From: the human T2T-CHM13v2.0 reference genome, Homo sapiens
Strand: one strand, 5' to 3'
Length of the DNA: 64,000 nt
Assembly (NCBI RefSeq): GCF_009914755.1
Contig: NC_060928.1
Position 1 is the stretch's first letter, and the number at the start of each line of letters is the position of its first letter. The notes under the pieces were generated by a model. That model was not told the DNA's origin. It made no database searches and worked only from the letters and a program-made list of their open reading frames with translations. The position numbers were made by a program, and so were the translations under genes. This document shows positions 30,344 through 52,632 of this stretch, piece by piece.

Positions 30344-31096
30344 ATCTAGGTTAGGGCTAGTAGCCCTAGAAGAGGGATTGAAAGCAGGGTGAACAAGAAA
30401 AGGAAAGGGAGAGAAGAAACTGAAAAAGGACAATCTCTGGGATTTGTAAGAGTTTGTGTGTGTGGGGAGGGGGTCAAAGATACTGCTTGTGGCTTCTGAC
30501 CTTGGTGTTGCAATCAACTTGGAGTGCACTGCTGCACGGAGGCAGTGAAGGGTGGGGGAAGATTATTTCACTTGGGGCCTGTTGATCCCAGGCTGTGCTG
30601 TAGGGAGGTTCCTTTGGCAGCCAACTGTGGAGTGGATTAGCATTGGCAGAGCTGGAGGTGGAGAGACCAGTTTGGTTGGATCCCATGCCCGTTAACACCT
30701 GGGTGCTGCAGCCTTTTGTATAAGGGGGCAGGATGAGGGTGAGGTTTCGGTGTGGTGTACTATAGACATAATCTGCAGAATTGCTTGGTAGTTTATGCTG
30801 AATTTTACATTGGGCTTCTCAATTCTGCCTCAGTTGGTCTCTTAATTTTTTTCCCCCTTAAATTACTACACCCCTTACGGTAGAGAAAAAAGGAAGTATG
30901 TAGGTTATGGTATGGCCAAAATTTTTTAATGTATTGAATTTGGACTGGTGTAGCAACTTGTCTTTTTCCTTATTTATTTCTGGAAGCAGATTGATTTGGT
31001 AAAGAGAAAGGAAGTATCCAAATAACAGGTCTGCTGATTTCTTACCTAGACTCAGCAAATGTTTATTATGAGGACCTGCCTTTTCCAGAGTTAACG

Positions 31097-31211
31097 TTTT
31101 CTTTCTTTTCTTTTCTTTTTTCCTTTCTCTTTTCTCTTTTCCTTTCTTTTTTTTCTTTTCTTCCTTTCTTCCTTTCCTTTTTCCTTTCCCTTTTCCTTTC
31201 CCTTTTCCTTC
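31097..31211 (+). repeat. ~115-bp pure polypyrimidine (CT-rich) tract
   Basis: Only C/T from 31097 to 31211. Confidence 0.95.
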
Positions 31212-31440
31212 ATGCCACAGATACTTATTGAAGATCTGCTGTCAGATGATGCCTTAAAATCTGATAGATCAAAGATGACCTATGGGAGAGAATACGAGAA
31301 TAGAAAAATGGGAGTCCCTGTTCTGTTTAACCTGGCAGATAAGCACACAGCCAGATTGTGAAACAATGTGATAAACGCTCTAGCAGAAGAGCAAATAAAG
31401 TGTTAAAGGATCATAGAAAACAGCAAAGTGTCACGGATGA

Positions 31441-31841
<401 letters not shown>

Positions 31842-32637
31842 AACTCATTTATTTAAATTTTATCCTTCTTAAACTTTTTAGTTTGTTTAAATGCAGGGAT
31901 TTATATTAAATATATTCTCCTTCTGTGGCTGTTCTGCCATTGTAACTGGTTGCTATGAAGCTGCTGTTTTTCCAAGATTTGAAGTGCAGATGAAGGTATT
32001 AGACAGGAAATGCCATCCAAAATTGCTAACTTCTGATTTCCTGAAAGGATGGTATTTTTTCTAATTAGCAATAGTCATGTAAAATATTTTAAAGGCCAGT
32101 GTTGTGAAATCACAGGAAAACATTTCATACATAAAGAGCTGTACACGGTGTTTTGCTCACGTTAAGTTAAATTCAGAAAAGAGCTTTGGTGACTAAAACG
32201 GGCGTCGTAATACAAAAACCAAGTTGTCGGTTTGTGGTGAAGGTATTTTGCCATCGTTTCTGGTTTCAAATTCTAGGCTTTTTCCTTACCCTCTTTCATC
32301 TTATGAGTGATATTCTCCAGCTAACTGTTGCCTCTTCCATCCCCCTGTGTCCGTGCTATAAAGATTTTTGTAAAACCATGACTGCTTGAAAAACTCCCTA
32401 ATAGATCATTATGCTCCCTAAAGAAAACTATTGCAAGTCTCTTTGCAACCCAATACGCACTTATCTCTTTAGTGCTTTTCCTACTTCTCTCTTGTGCACC
32501 CTATAATACAACCTCAGTTTTTGCTCCTTTCCCCCAAAAGCCATGTTTTCCCATTCCTCTGTGTTTCTGACCATATTGGTCCCTTCCGACACTACTTTGT
32601 TTTTTTAGGGAAATCCTATTTATCCCACCTTAACCTC

Positions 32638-32978
<341 letters not shown>

Positions 32979-33739
32979 TAGTTATTGAGGTTTTCCCACA
33001 TGCTGTGTGTTGAGGATACAAAACTCATTAAGACAGCCTTTTTTTTCTCCCCCCAAGGAACTAATACAAGGATGCAGGTATATAAACACTTAATACTACC
33101 TCCTTATCAGAGTTAGGTGTTGAAAATACAGTGACAAATAAAACACAGTTATTCTTTTGCCCCCATAAGGTGTATGTTGTATTGGGGGAGACAGAAGTCA
33201 AATATTTAAAATTGACCTATGAGAAGTACTGTGAAGGGGGAAAAGCCCCTTTGATCTGAGAAAACAAGTGACTTGAGAGGGCATGAAGATCAATTTTAGA
33301 TAAAGAGGAGGGTCAGGATTGGCCTCTTTGAGGAGGTGACATTTTAAAAAAGACATTTAAACAAGTAATTACGGTATCATATAATAATTATTATAGGGTG
33401 AGTATAGCAGGCCTACGAGAAGAAGTGTAAATGTAAATGAATGGTTATAATACAGTGTGTTAAGTTCAATGATGGAGGGATGTAACAAGGAAGGGAACTT
33501 CTGTAGTGGGAGGGGCACACAGAGTTTTTATTGCCCTGCAGTGGAAGGATGTGGGGAGGGTTGGCTGTAGGGCTTTCCATGCAGAAGCACAGAGGTTTAA
33601 AACAATTTGGGTTGTGTTCACAGTATTTAACACATCTATACTCACATTCTGGTATTATTACTGGCATTTTGCATTGCAAGGAGCCCAGAGGCAGGTAAGG
33701 AGGCAGAGAGGTGGGTGGTGTAGAAAGGCGCTCCGCATT

Positions 33740-34165
33740 ATGGAATCAACCATGGAATCAACCTAGGTGCCAGTGGTAGACTAGATAAAGAAAATGTGGT
33801 ACATATACACCATGTCATATCACGCACCCATGAAAAAGAATGAGATCATGTCCTTTGCATCAATGTGCATGGAGCTGGAGGTCATTATCCTAAGCAAACT
33901 AACTCAGAAACAGAAAACCGAATACCACATGTTCTCACAAGCGGAAGCTAAATATCAAGTACATATGGACAGAAAGAAGGGAACAACAGACCCCAGGGCC
34001 CTACCAGAGGATGGAGGGGGAGGATTGAAAAATGACCTAACATGTACTATGCTTATTACCTGGGTGACGAAATAATCTGTGCACCAAGCTCCCACAACAT
34101 GCAATTTACCTGTATAACAAACTTGCATGTGTACCCCTGAACCTAAAGTAAAAGTTAAGAAAAAG
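33740..34165 (+). mobile_element. Older L1PA/L1PB 3' fragment inserted into a MIR (MIR resumes ~34166-34395)
   Basis: ORF2 C-terminal remnant (MWYIYT...KKNEIMSFA...ELEVIILSKL) and 3'UTR ending tgtacccctgaacctaaagtaaaagtt; degenerate TSD agaaaggcgctc / agaaatgggctc. Confidence 0.85.
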
Positions 34166-34508
34166 AAATGGGCTCTGGAGCCAGAACTGGGTGCCTACCT
34201 CGGTGTCTCACATGCCCATACCTGATGTCTAGGGCAAGGTTTGTAACTCTTTGTGCCTCAGTTTCCTCATCTGTAACACTGAAATGATGATAGCACCTAC
34301 CTTGTCAGGTTATTGTAGTGATTAAGTAACTTAATACTTAGGAAATTCTTGGAACAATGTCTGGCACACAGCAAGTGCCCAATAAATGCAGGTGATGGTG
34401 CCTGTGGGCATTTTATTGCATGGAAATAATCTTTGACCTGTTGGAAATCCATGAAGGCCTATTTGCAGTGGAATAACTTGATCATGTTTCTGTTTTTCAA
34501 ATACAGTA

Positions 34509-34873
34509 AGTAGTCCCCCCATATGAGACAGATACATTCTAAGACCCCCAGTGAGTCCTGAAGTCACAGATAGTACTGCACCCTATACACTATATAGTAT
34601 GTATTTTCAATCTCATAACTGAAACAGCTACTGAGTGACTTACAGGTGAGTAGTATCTGTAGTGTAGATATACTGGACAAAGGGATGATTCACGTCCCAG
34701 GTGGGACGGAGAGGACAGCGAGAAATTTCATCACACTACTTAGAATTGTGTGCAATTTAAAACTTATGAATTGCTTATTTGTGGAATTTTCCATTTAATA
34801 TTTTTAGACCTTGGATGACTGTGGGTAACTGAAACCATGGAAAGTGAAACTGCAGATAAGGGGGGCTTCTGTA
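34509..34873. mobile_element. MER44A-like (Tigger7-derived) element
   Basis: TIRs agtagtcccccc / gataagggggg...ctg-ta; internal ggacaaagggatgattcacgtccc. Confidence 0.8.
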
Positions 34874-35516
34874 TTGTTTTAGAGGGAGTGTGAGCATGTG
34901 TGTTAGGAGGGGGCTGGAATTGCATTTCTGTGGATTCTCCAACCTCACCTTTTTCCCTCACCCCCTGCATAATTACCTGTTCCTTCACCTGTGTTCCCAT
35001 GGTGTCTTACCTCTGCTGTGGCGTTTTCCTATTGTATTTTATAGTCTGTGTTTCTCATACTAGACTGGGTCCCCTCAGGGTGTTAAGGACTATGTGTTAC
35101 TCATCTTTACATCCCATTGCCAAGAATAGTACCTAACACTGGCACATACTGGGCACTCAATAAATGTTCGTTGAATTGCTTTGAAAGGTTTACCAGGGAG
35201 TTGCCCTAACATAATTCTGGAGAAAGGTCCTCCCATAGAAGAGTCTGGGCACGTTGCTATGGGAGAGTGTTTTCTTTGTTTCACACACCAAGTATTTATC
35301 GAGTGCCTACTGCACACTGTGCTGTGAGGGGATACATAGATGAGTCAGACGTGTACTCTGCCCTGGGTTGTGTTGACTTAATCGTGGGTGGAAGGAAGAT
35401 GGTAAATGGTTGCTGATAGGTTTAATGAGAAATAAGCTATGATGTGGTTTAGTTGTATTTGGGCTTTTGTTTAGAAGCATAATTATTTCAATCAAAGAAT
35501 GTTAGAATTTTTTTAA

Positions 35517-37900
<2,384 letters not shown>

Positions 37901-38287
37901 GGAAACCCATTTGGGATTTCAACACACTAGAGTATTAATATACCTGTAAAAGGAAATGGACTATTTTCTACTGTTGCATAATCTCTAAGAGATATTATTT
38001 TTTAAAGTAAGGTATAGGACAACATGTACAATAATGCTACCTTTAGTAAGGGTAGAAAAAAATGAAAATGTACATTCATTTGCTTATATTAAAAGAATAA
38101 CGAATAGAAAGCAAACTTAAAAACTGATTGAAGAGAACAGATGGAGGAGAGAACGATAGAAGCTAGACTTTCCTGAATGTACCTTGCTTTGTGGCTTACT
38201 TTGGAACTATTAAATGTGATATATAATTATGAAATAACATTTTAAAAAGTTGAGGGAGGAACTCATCCTTTAAAAGTTGAAAGTAAT

Positions 38288-38671
38288 GGCCAGGTGTGGT
38301 GGCTCACGCCTATAATCCCAGCACTTTGCGAGGCTTGAGGCACCCCCCCCCCCCCCACCAAAAAAAAGGAAAGTAACAATGAACAAATGAACTTAACAGT
38401 GTTTTGTTTGTTTGTTTGTTTTGTTTTGAGACGGGGTCTCGCTCTGTCGCCCAGGCTGGAGTGCAGTGGCACAATCTCGGCTCACTGCAAGCTCTGCCTG
38501 CCAGGTTCACGCCACTCTCCTGCCTCAGCCTCCTGAGTAGCTGGGACCACAGGTGCCCACCACCAAGCACGGCTAATTTTTTGTGTTTTTAGTAGAGACA
38601 GGGCTTCACCATGTTAGCCAGGATGGTCTCGATCTCCTGACCTCGTGATCTGCCTGCCTCAGCCTCCCAAA
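38288..38671. mobile_element. Short 5' Alu fragment with C14 run (38288-38367, +) and 5'-truncated AluY-like copy (38402-38671, -)
   Basis: gaaagtaa flanks the fragment; aacttaacagt flanks the reverse Alu. Confidence 0.75.
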
Positions 38672-38707
38672 CTTAACAGTTTTTTAAGTTGATTATGTAG
38701 GAATTGT

Positions 38708-43742
<5,035 letters not shown>

Positions 43743-45044
43743 CTGAATCCATTATTTAAAGTTAAGATATTTTTAAAAAGAGATAACTATTGTGCCTCTT
43801 CTCGTGATTTAATGAGGTATAGACTAACCACCTATGAAATAGTCTTTCCAAAAATTTAGACAGAAATCTGATCAAGCCAGTTTATAGAACATACATTCAA
43901 CTGAGAAACATGTTAAAGGACTCTTCTTGGATGCTGTCAGCAAAATTCATAATGTTAGAACTCTGCAGAAAAAAAAAATTGTTTTTCCCCCAACAAATAA
44001 ATCTCATAAAAAAGAATATAGATTATAAAGAAGCCTAAGAGACATATCAACCCTTAATAAAAGGATCCTGTTTGGCTCTGAACACACTAATGAAATTGGA
44101 AGAATAATTAGATATTTGATGCTAGTAAGGGAAATTTTATTAATATTACATTAATATTAAGTAATATTACATTAATATCAAGTAATAAACATTTTAGATA
44201 ACATAATAGTATTGTGGTTATTATTATTATTTTTAAAATCATCATTTTTTAAAGAGAGGGTCTCTGTTGCCCAGGCTGGGGTGCAGTGGTATGAGCATGG
44301 CTTGCTGGGTACAAGTGATCCTCTGGCCTCACTGTCCTGAGTAGCTGGGACTACAGGTACACACCACCATGCCCAGCTAATTTCATATTATTTTTTGTAG
44401 AGATGGGGGTCTTGCTATGTTGCCCAGGCTGGTCTCAAACTGCTGGCATCAGGTGATTCTCTTGCCTTAAATCCTCATCTTCAAGCCTATTTAAAACTGA
44501 AAACCCTTATCCTGAATTTCTTATCAGTAAAATAAGGAAGAGGACTAAATGTCTTTGCTGCTTTCTCTGTGCTCTGCTCTAGCTGTTATATAATAGCCAC
44601 TCCCTCATGATTTCCTTCTCAGAATCTTATTATTATAATGTATAAGCAATAATGTTGCTTGTGGATAAGACTTTATTTAATGCGTCTACCTCTGGGGGCA
44701 GGAACTTCAGGGCTCACGCTGGATGACCTGATTGACCCTAGGAAGTTGCTCTGTACCCTCTTCCAGACCATTTGTCCCCTCCTGAGCAGGATCTGAACAT
44801 AACAGCTCTGGGCCTTGAGTCAGGGGTCATTTAGGGTCTTGATAACCAAGAATGTATAGACTGGGATGAGTTAGACTTGGTGGAGAGCCAACCCTCTGTG
44901 TGGAAGTCCTAATTCTTCAGTAGGTGATAACTGATTAATACCCATGTGGAAACCAGAAGCAATAACCACCAGAGAGTAGTAATGATTTGGCACACCACCC
45001 CCTTTTTGCAAGTTATTATTTGTGTTTTAAAAATCATTCAGTCT

Positions 45045-45333
<289 letters not shown>

Positions 45334-45404
45334 TTATCCAATTTTAAGCTGGGGTCATGTTATTCCCGCCCACCCCCCAACCCCAGAGTTTCTGATTCAG
45401 TAGT

Positions 45405-45805
45405 TCTTTTTGTTTTTGATATATAATAATTGTACATACTTATGGAGTTACATATACATTAGATACATTTATACAATGTGTAATGATTAAATCAGGGCAG
45501 GGCAATTAGGATGTTCATCACTTAAAACATGTATCATTTCTTTATGCTGGGAACATTTCAAACCTTCTCTTGCAACTGCTTTGAGATATATAATAAGTTA
45601 TTAACTATAGTCACCCTACTGTGCTATCAAACACTAGAACCTGTTCCTTCCATCTAACTGTATGTTTTGAACCATTAACCAACCTCTCTCCATACCCCGC
45701 CTCCCAGCCTCTGGTGACCATCATATGGTTCTCTACTCCGTTAGATCAACTTTTTTTTTTTAGCTACCACATTTGAGTAAAAACATGCGATATTTGCCTA
45801 TCTGT
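45405..45805 (-). mobile_element. L1MA-type 3'UTR fragment
   Basis: ttaactatagtcaccctactgtgctatcaaacactagaac motif. Confidence 0.75.
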
Positions 45806-45831
45806 AGGACCTTCTTAAGACTGTGAAACTG

Positions 45832-47560
45832 TACCTAGGAATCCAACTTACAAGGGATGTGAAGGACCTCTTCAAGGAGAATTAAAAACCACTGCTCAAG
45901 GAAATAAGAGAGGACACAAACAAATGGAAAAACATTCCGTGCTCATGGATAGGAAGAATCAGTATCGTGAAAATGGCCATACTGCCCAAAGTAATTTATA
46001 GATTCAATGCTGTCCCCATCAAGCTACCATCAGCTTTCTTCACAGAATTAGAAAAAACTACTTTAAATTTCATATGGAACCAGAAAAGAGCCTATATAAC
46101 GAAGACAATCCTAAGCAAAAACAACAAAGCTGGAGGCATCATGCTGACTTCAAACTATACTACAAGGCTACGGTAACCAAAACAGCATGATTCTGGTACC
46201 AAAACAGATACATAGACCAATGGAACAGATCAGAGGCCTCAAAAATAACACCACACATCTCCAACCATCTTATCTTTGACAAACCTGACAAAAACAAGCA
46301 ATGGGGAAAGGATTCCCTATTTAATAAATGGTTTGGGAAAACTGGCTAGCCATATGCAGAATACTGAAACTGGACCCCTTCCTTACACCTTATACAAAAA
46401 TTAACTCAAGATGGATTAAAGACTTAAACATAAGACCTAAAACCATAAAAACCCTAGAAGAAAATCTAGGCAATACCATTCAGGACATAGAATTGGGCAA
46501 AGACTTCATGACTAAAACAACAAAAGCAATGGCAACAAAAGCCAAAATTGACAAATAGGATGTAATTAAACTAAAGAGCTTCTGCACAGCAAAAGAAACT
46601 ACCATCAGAGTGAACAGGCAGTCTGCAGAATGGGAGAAAATTTTTGCAATCTATCCATCTGACAAAGGGCTAATATCCAGAATCTACAAATAAACAAATT
46701 TACAAGAAACAAACAACACCATCCAAAGGTGGGTGAAGGATATGAATAGAGACTTCTCAAAAGAAGACATTTATGCGGCCAACAAACATGAAAAGCAGCT
46801 CATCATCACTGGTCATTAGAGAAATGCAAATCAAAACCACAATGAGATACCATCTCACACCACTTAGAATGATGATCATTAAAAAGTCAGGAAACAACAT
46901 GCTGGAGAGGATGTGGAGAAATAGGAAAGCTTTTACACTGTTGGTGGGAGTGTAAATTAGTTCAACCATTGTGGAAGACAGTGTGGTGATTCCTCAAGGA
47001 TCTAGAACCAGAAATATCATTTGACCCAGCAATCCCATTACTTGGGTATATACCCAAAGGATTATAAATCATTCTGCTATAAAGACACATGTACACATAT
47101 GCATACTGCAGCACTATTCACAATAGCAAAGACTTGGAACCAACCCAAAAGCCCATCAGTGATAGACGGGATAAAGAAAATACGGCACGTATATACCATG
47201 GAATACTATGCAGACATAAAAAAGGATCAGTTCATGTCCTTTGCAGGGAAATGGATGAAGCTGGAAACTATCATTCTCAGCAAACTATCACAAGGACAGA
47301 AAACCAAACACCACATGTTCTCACTCATCAGTGGGAATTGAACAGTGAGAACACATGGACACAGGGAGGGGAACATCACACACCAGGGCCTGTCAGGGAA
47401 TGGGAGACTAGGGGAGGGATAGCATTAGGAGAAATACCCAATGTAGATGACAGGTCGATGGGTGCAGCAAACAACCTTAGCACATGTATACCTATGTAAC
47501 CTGCACGTTCTGCACATGTATTCCAGAACTTAAATTATAATAATAATAATAATAATAATA
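45832..47560 (+). mobile_element. 5'-truncated L1PA (PA7/8-like), ~1.7 kb, disrupted ORF2 C-terminus + 3'UTR + (TAA)n tail
   Basis: ORF2 remnants [13 protein letters not shown]..., [29 protein letters not shown]; multiple stops and frameshifts; degenerate TSD agactg(tg)aaactg at ~45818-45831 and 47560-47571. Confidence 0.93.
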
Positions 47561-48240
47561 GACTGAAACTGGCCAGGTGGGGTGGCTTATGCTTGTAATT
47601 CCAGCATTTTGGGAGGCTGAGGCAGGAGAATTGCTTGAAGCCAGGAGTTGGAGACCAGTCTGGGAAGTATAGTGAGACCTTGTCCCTATTTAAAAAAAAA
47701 AAAAAAAAAGACTGCCTAACTTGTGGGAGACAGAGCAAGATGCCTTCAGGAGGAATCTCTGGCCGTCTTCTTTGGTAATATCCAAAGAGCTTTGGTCAGC
47801 GTTGATATCAAAGCGGTGTGAAGAAAACATAAGGCCATAAGACTAATCTCTGGAGAGCTGCACACTGAAGGGGAACCTAAGTTCTTGAGTCCCTGGAGTA
47901 CCCCAAGTTTGGTTTCAGAGAGGGTGCCATTCATGAGCAACACTGCTAGCCATTAGTGGCCAGCAAGAAGGGGAGTGAAAGGAGTATCTTGTAGATGGTG
48001 ACTTGGGTAATATGAAATTGCTGTCATCAAGGTTTATCAAAAAACCAAAGGTTAAATATTACATGTAGGCAATGTGAGGCTGCCCCAAATGGTGTGTTTC
48101 CCAGGAACTTGATTCAACTCTGAGAATAAATGCATGAGTACTGAGAAAACTGTTTGGGTGGAAAATATTTATTTATTATTTTATTTTGTTCCCTCAGCTG
48201 TGATCTGCTTATTTGAGCTTGTTAGAAATATGTAACCTAG

Positions 48241-48864
<624 letters not shown>

Positions 48865-50984
48865 CTATATATTTGTTTACAAAAGAGAAAAATACTGTTG
48901 AAATTGTTTTGACCCAGGTTCTTTTAAAATCGCTTTATAGTCACAAAATGATTGTCCTAGAGGATACCAGCCTCCATAACTGTGGCTACTACCCTTAAGA
49001 CTCAGTAACATTAACTCTCAGCTCTGAGACTTTTTACTACGTTTTTTTTTAAAGGATGTGGGTGCAGTGGACATCCCTTAACTACATCTTTAGTGTGGCT
49101 TGCTAATCACCACAGAGACTTTAGTGTTGGTACCTGAAACATCTGGAAAATAAATCAACAAATTAATCCAACAGGACTGGGTTTTCATGTTTACTTCAAA
49201 TTGCTTTTTTTTTTTTTTTTTTTTACATCCTTTTCCATTATTGAAATATGGTAGATGCTTTGGTCCTATTTATTGAATTTTCTTTCAACCTTCAGACACT
49301 TCTCGAGAAAACCAAACCAACCATGATAATACATTACTATTTTGCCTTTTGCAGAAGTCGTCTAGCTGAGCTTGAAAGTAACATCAAATTTGGGAGTGCT
49401 GTGCTGAAACATATCTAGGTATCAGGAAAAGTGATTTTCCAAAGGCTTGTAAAAAGTCATAGGATTCTATGACTGCTTCCTCAAGAGTGTAACAATAGCT
49501 TATCAAGAGAGGCTGTGCAGCATAGTGGTGAAGATTATGGACTCTCGAGTGCAGGGTCATATCTCAGTCCCACCACTTACCAGTTTGCATGACTGAGAAA
49601 ATTGCCCATTTTCTTGGGGCCTCATTTTTCTTATCTCTGAAGCAAGGATGGTGACATTGTATTTGGCTTAAAGGCTTGGAATTAATTTAATATGGGTGAA
49701 GCACTTAGAGCCAGGAATATTGTGCATGCTCAGTAAATTCATATTACTTACAAAATTAATTCCTAACACCTTCCTTGCCATTTTGCTGGACTGTGGTATC
49801 TAAGATTGTTACTAAGTGTCTCAACCACGTGTACTGAGGGAACATTATCATATTTGGAAGAAAGTCATCTTTATGTGAATTCCCAAGTGACAGTGTAGGG
49901 ACCCATTAAGTTGTTAAGCGTTTTAAGGCATGAAGCTGGCCAGCTTTGAGGTGTCAGTGACTTGTAAGGGCACTAACAAGTCTGTCAGTTGGGAGCATAG
50001 TTCCCAGCTGCAAGTTCTCACCTTGACAAAGTTATAATTGTATTAGCAAGGGAAGACCCCTCCTTTCTGAGAACGTAGGAAATACTGTAAACCTGAAAAA
50101 CTCTGTTGCTATAACTTCTGTAATTTTCTTAAATGAATTCTTAAACATGATGTATAAAATGACAAGATTTAATCAGCTCAATAACATATAAATCCTTGAT
50201 CGTGAAAATATGTATAATTGGTTATTAATCAGCTTTTTGTTCTCTAGATTAATTGTAATTTCAAGACATGTAGGATTTAGAAAATGGAGTAGCCCTTTCT
50301 TTGAGTGAGTAAGTTCTTAGAAGACAAAGATTTTTTAAAAAACATGCTTTCCTATAGGGTTGCATGAGCTTTAGACGTAATAAATGCTCAATAAATGTTG
50401 ATTTGATTTAGTTTTAATCTTCCTGTTTTACATGTGACCTAGGTAGGAAACAGAGTCCACAGCCAAGAAGCCTCAAATAAAACTCCCCTAACTTTTTGGA
50501 AGGCAGCCTCAGTCCTCAGATGGAAGGTAAAATCCATACCTCCAATTAGGTTTTGCTTGGATTCAAACATTTGCTAGGAATAAAAACAGCACATTTACGA
50601 CAGGCTAGGTATCACAGAAAGTGCCAGTAGTTGATGTAACCTCTTTTATGTGTGAGGAGACCAGATCTTAGTATAACTAATAAGCTGCAATTTACTGATC
50701 ATTGTGGCTTGCCTATATATGTAGTTTTTTTCTCCCACAAATGAGGAAAACATCCCTGCAGAGATTGAGGAATATCTCCTATCTTCCAGTTCTTAAATCC
50801 TTCCCCTTTCCTGATATGTGTTCAGGAAAATTTAGGGATAGTTTCAAGGGCAGGAAAAGCCCATAACTCATAGATGACTATGCCACAATACTGTTCAGAG
50901 ACTGTTTCAAACTGAATAATGGTAGTAATTGTGGACACTTGTCTTTGAGAGTTTATGGAACTCCTAAATGTCATAGATTTTATA

Positions 50985-51472
50985 GTACTGTGCTTCTCAG
51001 AGTTCAATGAGTATATGAATCACCTTTGAATTTTGTTAAAATGCAGATTCTGGGCTGGGCATGGTGGCTCATGCCTGTAATCCCAGCATTTTGGGAGGCT
51101 GAGGTGGGTGGATTATGAGGTCAGGAGTTCGAGACCAGCCTGGCCAACATAGTGAAACCCCATCTCTACTAAAAATACAAAAAATTAGCTGGGCATGGTG
51201 ATGTGTGCCTGTAATTCCAGCTACTCGGGAGGCTAAGGCAGGAGAATCATGTGAACCCAGGAGGTGGAGGTTTGCAGTGAGCTGAGATCGTGCCATTTCA
51301 CTCCAGCCTGGGAGACAGAGCGAGACTCCGTCTTAAAAAATAATAATACATTAAAAATATAAAAATGCAGATTCTGATTCAGGAAATCTGGGATGGGACC
51401 TAAAACTGCATTTCTTATAGGCCTCTCATGTTAGAGCTGCTGCTCTGCAGCCTTACTTTAAGTAACAAGGCA
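50985..51472. mobile_element. MER5-type hAT fossil interrupted by AluS (51053-51345, +)
   Basis: gaatcacct...ttaaaatgcagattctg motif, duplicated as the Alu TSD. Confidence 0.75.
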
Positions 51473-52327
51473 CTAAAACACAGGTTCTAACTCAACTGCA
51501 CACTAAATTGCCGGAAGGCACTAAAAAAGAGTCCCCCTACTAAATAAACTATATTTAAACAAACATTTGTTTTCTTACTTGAATTAATCAAAACACACGA
51601 AGTTGCTAATTCGACTTCCTGATCACTGTGGGCTCACTGGTGCTGGCACACTGAGTTGGCATAAGCTCCAGGAAGGCCCAGAGCGGAGTCCTTCACACAC
51701 TTCTCATGGTCAAATATGTGGTTTCCTTTGGATTTTTTGAAATGTTGGAAATTGTTCATTGATCCTCACTTGCTCCATTTGTGGATCTGGATCAGAGTCC
51801 ACTGATTGTGTAATGAGAGAACCCCAGATTATGCAATCTGGGGGCAGATCTCACCTGCAAACACATGTGTAAAAGGAAATCTTAGCAGCTGCAACTGTAG
51901 CAGAGTTCTTCACAGTTCTCTGCTTCAGAAATTATCTTTTGGCTGCATTGGTTTTGGCTGCCTTTCTGCTCAAACAAGCAAACACTCCCCTTGATCCATC
52001 CAGCATCATGACTTGATATGCATGAGAACTAGGAGCTTGTGTTAGGTAGAGTGAAGGATAAGCTATCAGAGAAGGCTTCTGAGAAGAGCTGCATTTGTTA
52101 GAGTTTAGATAATGGTAAGGGGTCTTCAGCTGGAGCAGAGGGAAAGGGGCATTCTAATGAAGAGAAAATACTGTCTGCAAAGGTTGGTGGCATTAGAGAA
52201 CTGTGGGGCTGGAGGGTGTTCATGGGAAAGCGGGGAGGGGACAGAGAGAGGTTTGGTGGATGATAAGGCTACTGAAGTTGGTCCAAATTGGGAAGGGTGT
52301 TAGCTATCCTGTAAGAAACTGTCTCCA

Positions 52328-52614
52328 GGCCAGGCATGGTGGCTCACACTTTGTAATCTCAGCACTTCGGGAGGCCAAGGCAGGTGGATCACCTGAGTCC
52401 AGGAGTTTGAGATCAGCCTAGGCAACATGGTAAAACCTAGTCTTTACAAAAAATTAGCCAGGTGTGGTGTTGTGTGCCTGTAGCCCCAGCTACTCAGGAG
52501 GCTGAGGTAGGAGGATTGCTTGAGCCCTGGAGACCGAGGCTGCAGTCAACTGAAATTGCAGCACTGCACTTCAGCCTGGGCAACAGAATGAGACCTTTTC
52601 TCAAAAAACAAACA
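52328..52614 (+). mobile_element. AluJ
   Basis: Full Alu with short aaaaaacaaaca tail. Confidence 0.85.
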
Positions 52615-52632
52615 GGCAGTTAGAAAAATCTA

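Noticed and set aside
45967-47499. L1 ORF2-like peptides as a possible active reverse transcriptase
   Set aside because: 5'-truncated, fragmented by stops and frameshifts, with no endonuclease or RT core.
45405-47560. Oppositely oriented adjacent L1 pieces as a twin-priming inversion
   Set aside because: The - strand piece is an older L1MA-type 3'UTR, and the + strand L1PA has its own degenerate TSD, so these are independent insertions.
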